Assembly: GCA_963749075.1 (NCBI GenBank)
Contig: CAVVLJ010000021.1
Coordinates: 64,001 to 128,000, forward strand
From: an uncultured Pseudomonadota bacterium
Lineage (GTDB): Bacteria; Pseudomonadota; Alphaproteobacteria; JACZXZ01
DNA: 64,000 nt
Reading direction: 5' to 3'
Shown here: piece after piece, positions 62,668 to 64,000 of the stretch
Numbering within the stretch: position 1 is the stretch's first letter
How the letters are laid out: every line of letters begins with the position of its first letter
Notes under the pieces: generated by a model
What the model was told of the DNA's origin: nothing
The model's input: only the letters and a program-made list of their open reading frames with translations
The model's database searches: none
Made by a program: the position numbers and the translations under genes

Positions 62668-64000
62668 ATGGTCGCGCGCATCAACACGGTCGCCTTTCAG
62701 GGCATCGACGTGCTGGCGATCGACGTCCAGGTGCAGATGGCGGGCGGCCTCCCGGCCTTCACGCTCGTGGGCCTGCCGGACAAGGCGGTCGCCGAATCGC
62801 GCGAGCGTGTGCGCGCGGCCCTTTCCGCCATGGGGTTGGCACTGCCGAGCGGGCGCATCACCATCAACCTGGCACCGGCCGACGTGCTCAAGGAGGGCAG
62901 CCACTTCGACCTGCCGATCGCCTTGGGCCTCCTCGTCGCCATGGGCGTGCTGCCCAAGGAGGAGATGGCGAGCTACACGGCCTTGGGCGAGCTCGGCCTC
63001 GACGGCTCGCTGGCACCGGTGGCGGGCGTGCTGCCCGCGGCGATCACCGCGTCGGCCCAGGGCCGCGGGCTCATCTGCCCGGCGCAGCAGGGCGGCGAGG
63101 CGGCCTGGGCGGGCGAGCTCGAGGTGCTGGCGCCCACCGATCTCATCGCCCTCGTCAACCACTTCAAGGGCACCCAGGTGCTGCCGCGGCCGGTGCCGCG
63201 CTTGGCCGACGGGCCCGAGCGCCTCCCCGACCTCAAGGACATCAAGGGCCAGGAGAGCGCCAAGCGCGCCCTCGAGCTGGCTGCGGCGGGGGCGCACAAC
63301 CTCCTCATGATCGGCCCGCCGGGTGCCGGCAAGTCGATGCTCGCGGCACGCCTTCCCGGCATCCTGCCGCCGCTCGATCCGGCCGAGGCGCTCGAGGTCT
63401 CGATGATCCACTCGATCGCGGGCGAGCTGAGCGAAGGCCGTCTCCTCCGCGCGCGGCCGTTCCGCGATCCGCACCATTCGGCGACGCTGCCCGCCCTCGT
63501 GGGCGGCGGCCAGCGCGCGCGGCCGGGCGAGGTGTCGCTCGCCCACCACGGCGTGCTCTTCCTGGACGAGCTCCCCGAATTCGCGCGCCAGAGCCTCGAG
63601 GCGCTGCGCCAGCCGATCGAGAGCGGGCGCGCCACCATCGCGCGCGCCAACCATCACGTCGCCTATCCGGCGCGCTTCCAGCTCGTGGCGGCGATGAACC
63701 CCTGCCGCTGCGGGCATCTGGATGATGCCGCGCTGGCGTGCGGCAGGGCGCCCAAATGCGCGCTCGAGTACCAGGCGCGCATCTCGGGTCCCCTCTTCGA
63801 CCGCATCGATCTCCACGTCGACGTGCCCGCGGTGAGCCCGGCCGATTTGAGCCTGCCGCCGCCCGCCGAGGGCTCGGCGCAAGTGGCGTCGCGGGTCGCA
63901 GCAGCCCGCGAGCGCCAGCGCCGCCGCTACCGGCGCCTCGGCGACGGAAGCGTGCCCATCCGCAGCAACGCCGAGGCGGACGGCCGGCTTCTCGAGGAAG
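62668..64000 (+). CDS. comM: ComM/YifB Mg-chelatase-like ATPase (3' truncated by window edge)
   Basis: VGLPD.AV.ESRERV, NLAPAD..KEGS.FDL, GPPGAGKSM, LFLDELPEF, MNPC.CG. Confidence 0.93.
   Translation, partial: MVARINTVAFQGIDVLAIDVQVQMAGGLPAFTLVGLPDKAVAESRERVRAALSAMGLALPSGRITINLAPADVLKEGSHFDLPIALGLLVAMGVLPKEEMASYTALGELGLDGSLAPVAGVLPAAITASAQGRGLICPAQQGGEAAWAGELEVLAPTDLIALVNHFKGTQVLPRPVPRLADGPERLPDLKDIKGQESAKRALELAAAGAHNLLMIGPPGAGKSMLAARLPGILPPLDPAEALEVSMIHSIAGELSEGRLLRARPFRDPHHSATLPALVGGGQRARPGEVSLAHHGVLFLDELPEFARQSLEALRQPIESGRATIARANHHVAYPARFQLVAAMNPCRCGHLDDAALACGRAPKCALEYQARISGPLFDRIDLHVDVPAVSPADLSLPPPAEGSAQVASRVAAARERQRRRYRRLGDGSVPIRSNAEADGRLLEE

Overview
High-GC alphaproteobacterial (Rhodospirillales-like by gene content and order) chromosomal window. 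It is mostly core genes: trpS-murJ, glnD, mutS, maeB, phoR-phoU-phoB, ribB, ald, ampG, typA, nth, dapB, pyrF-dnaJ-dnaK, grpE-hrcA, rph-rdgB-hemW, rsmI-yraN, gshB and comM. Three accessory patterns stand out. (1) A 2,343-bp insertion (39356-41698) splits an isochorismatase-family gene exactly between two codons. It carries a truncated IS5 transposase, a 79-bp A/T-only tract, two small orphan ORFs and a ~300-nt highly structured minus-strand RNA candidate (GNRA and UUCG tetraloops, intrinsic terminator) next to an inverted pair of perfect DnaA boxes. This is the best candidate for an undescribed system. (2) Cargo, mostly toxin-antitoxin (TA) pairs, is repeatedly bracketed by diverged copies of the 3' end of a core gene (glnD, mutS, gshB), with no integrase in the window. 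(3) There are six TA pairs, an orphan antitoxin and a low-GC HEPN-like gene. Single-base frameshifts in grpE, frmA, a TIR gene and the IS suggest sequencing or assembly indels. All calls come from motif recognition by eye; no searches were run.
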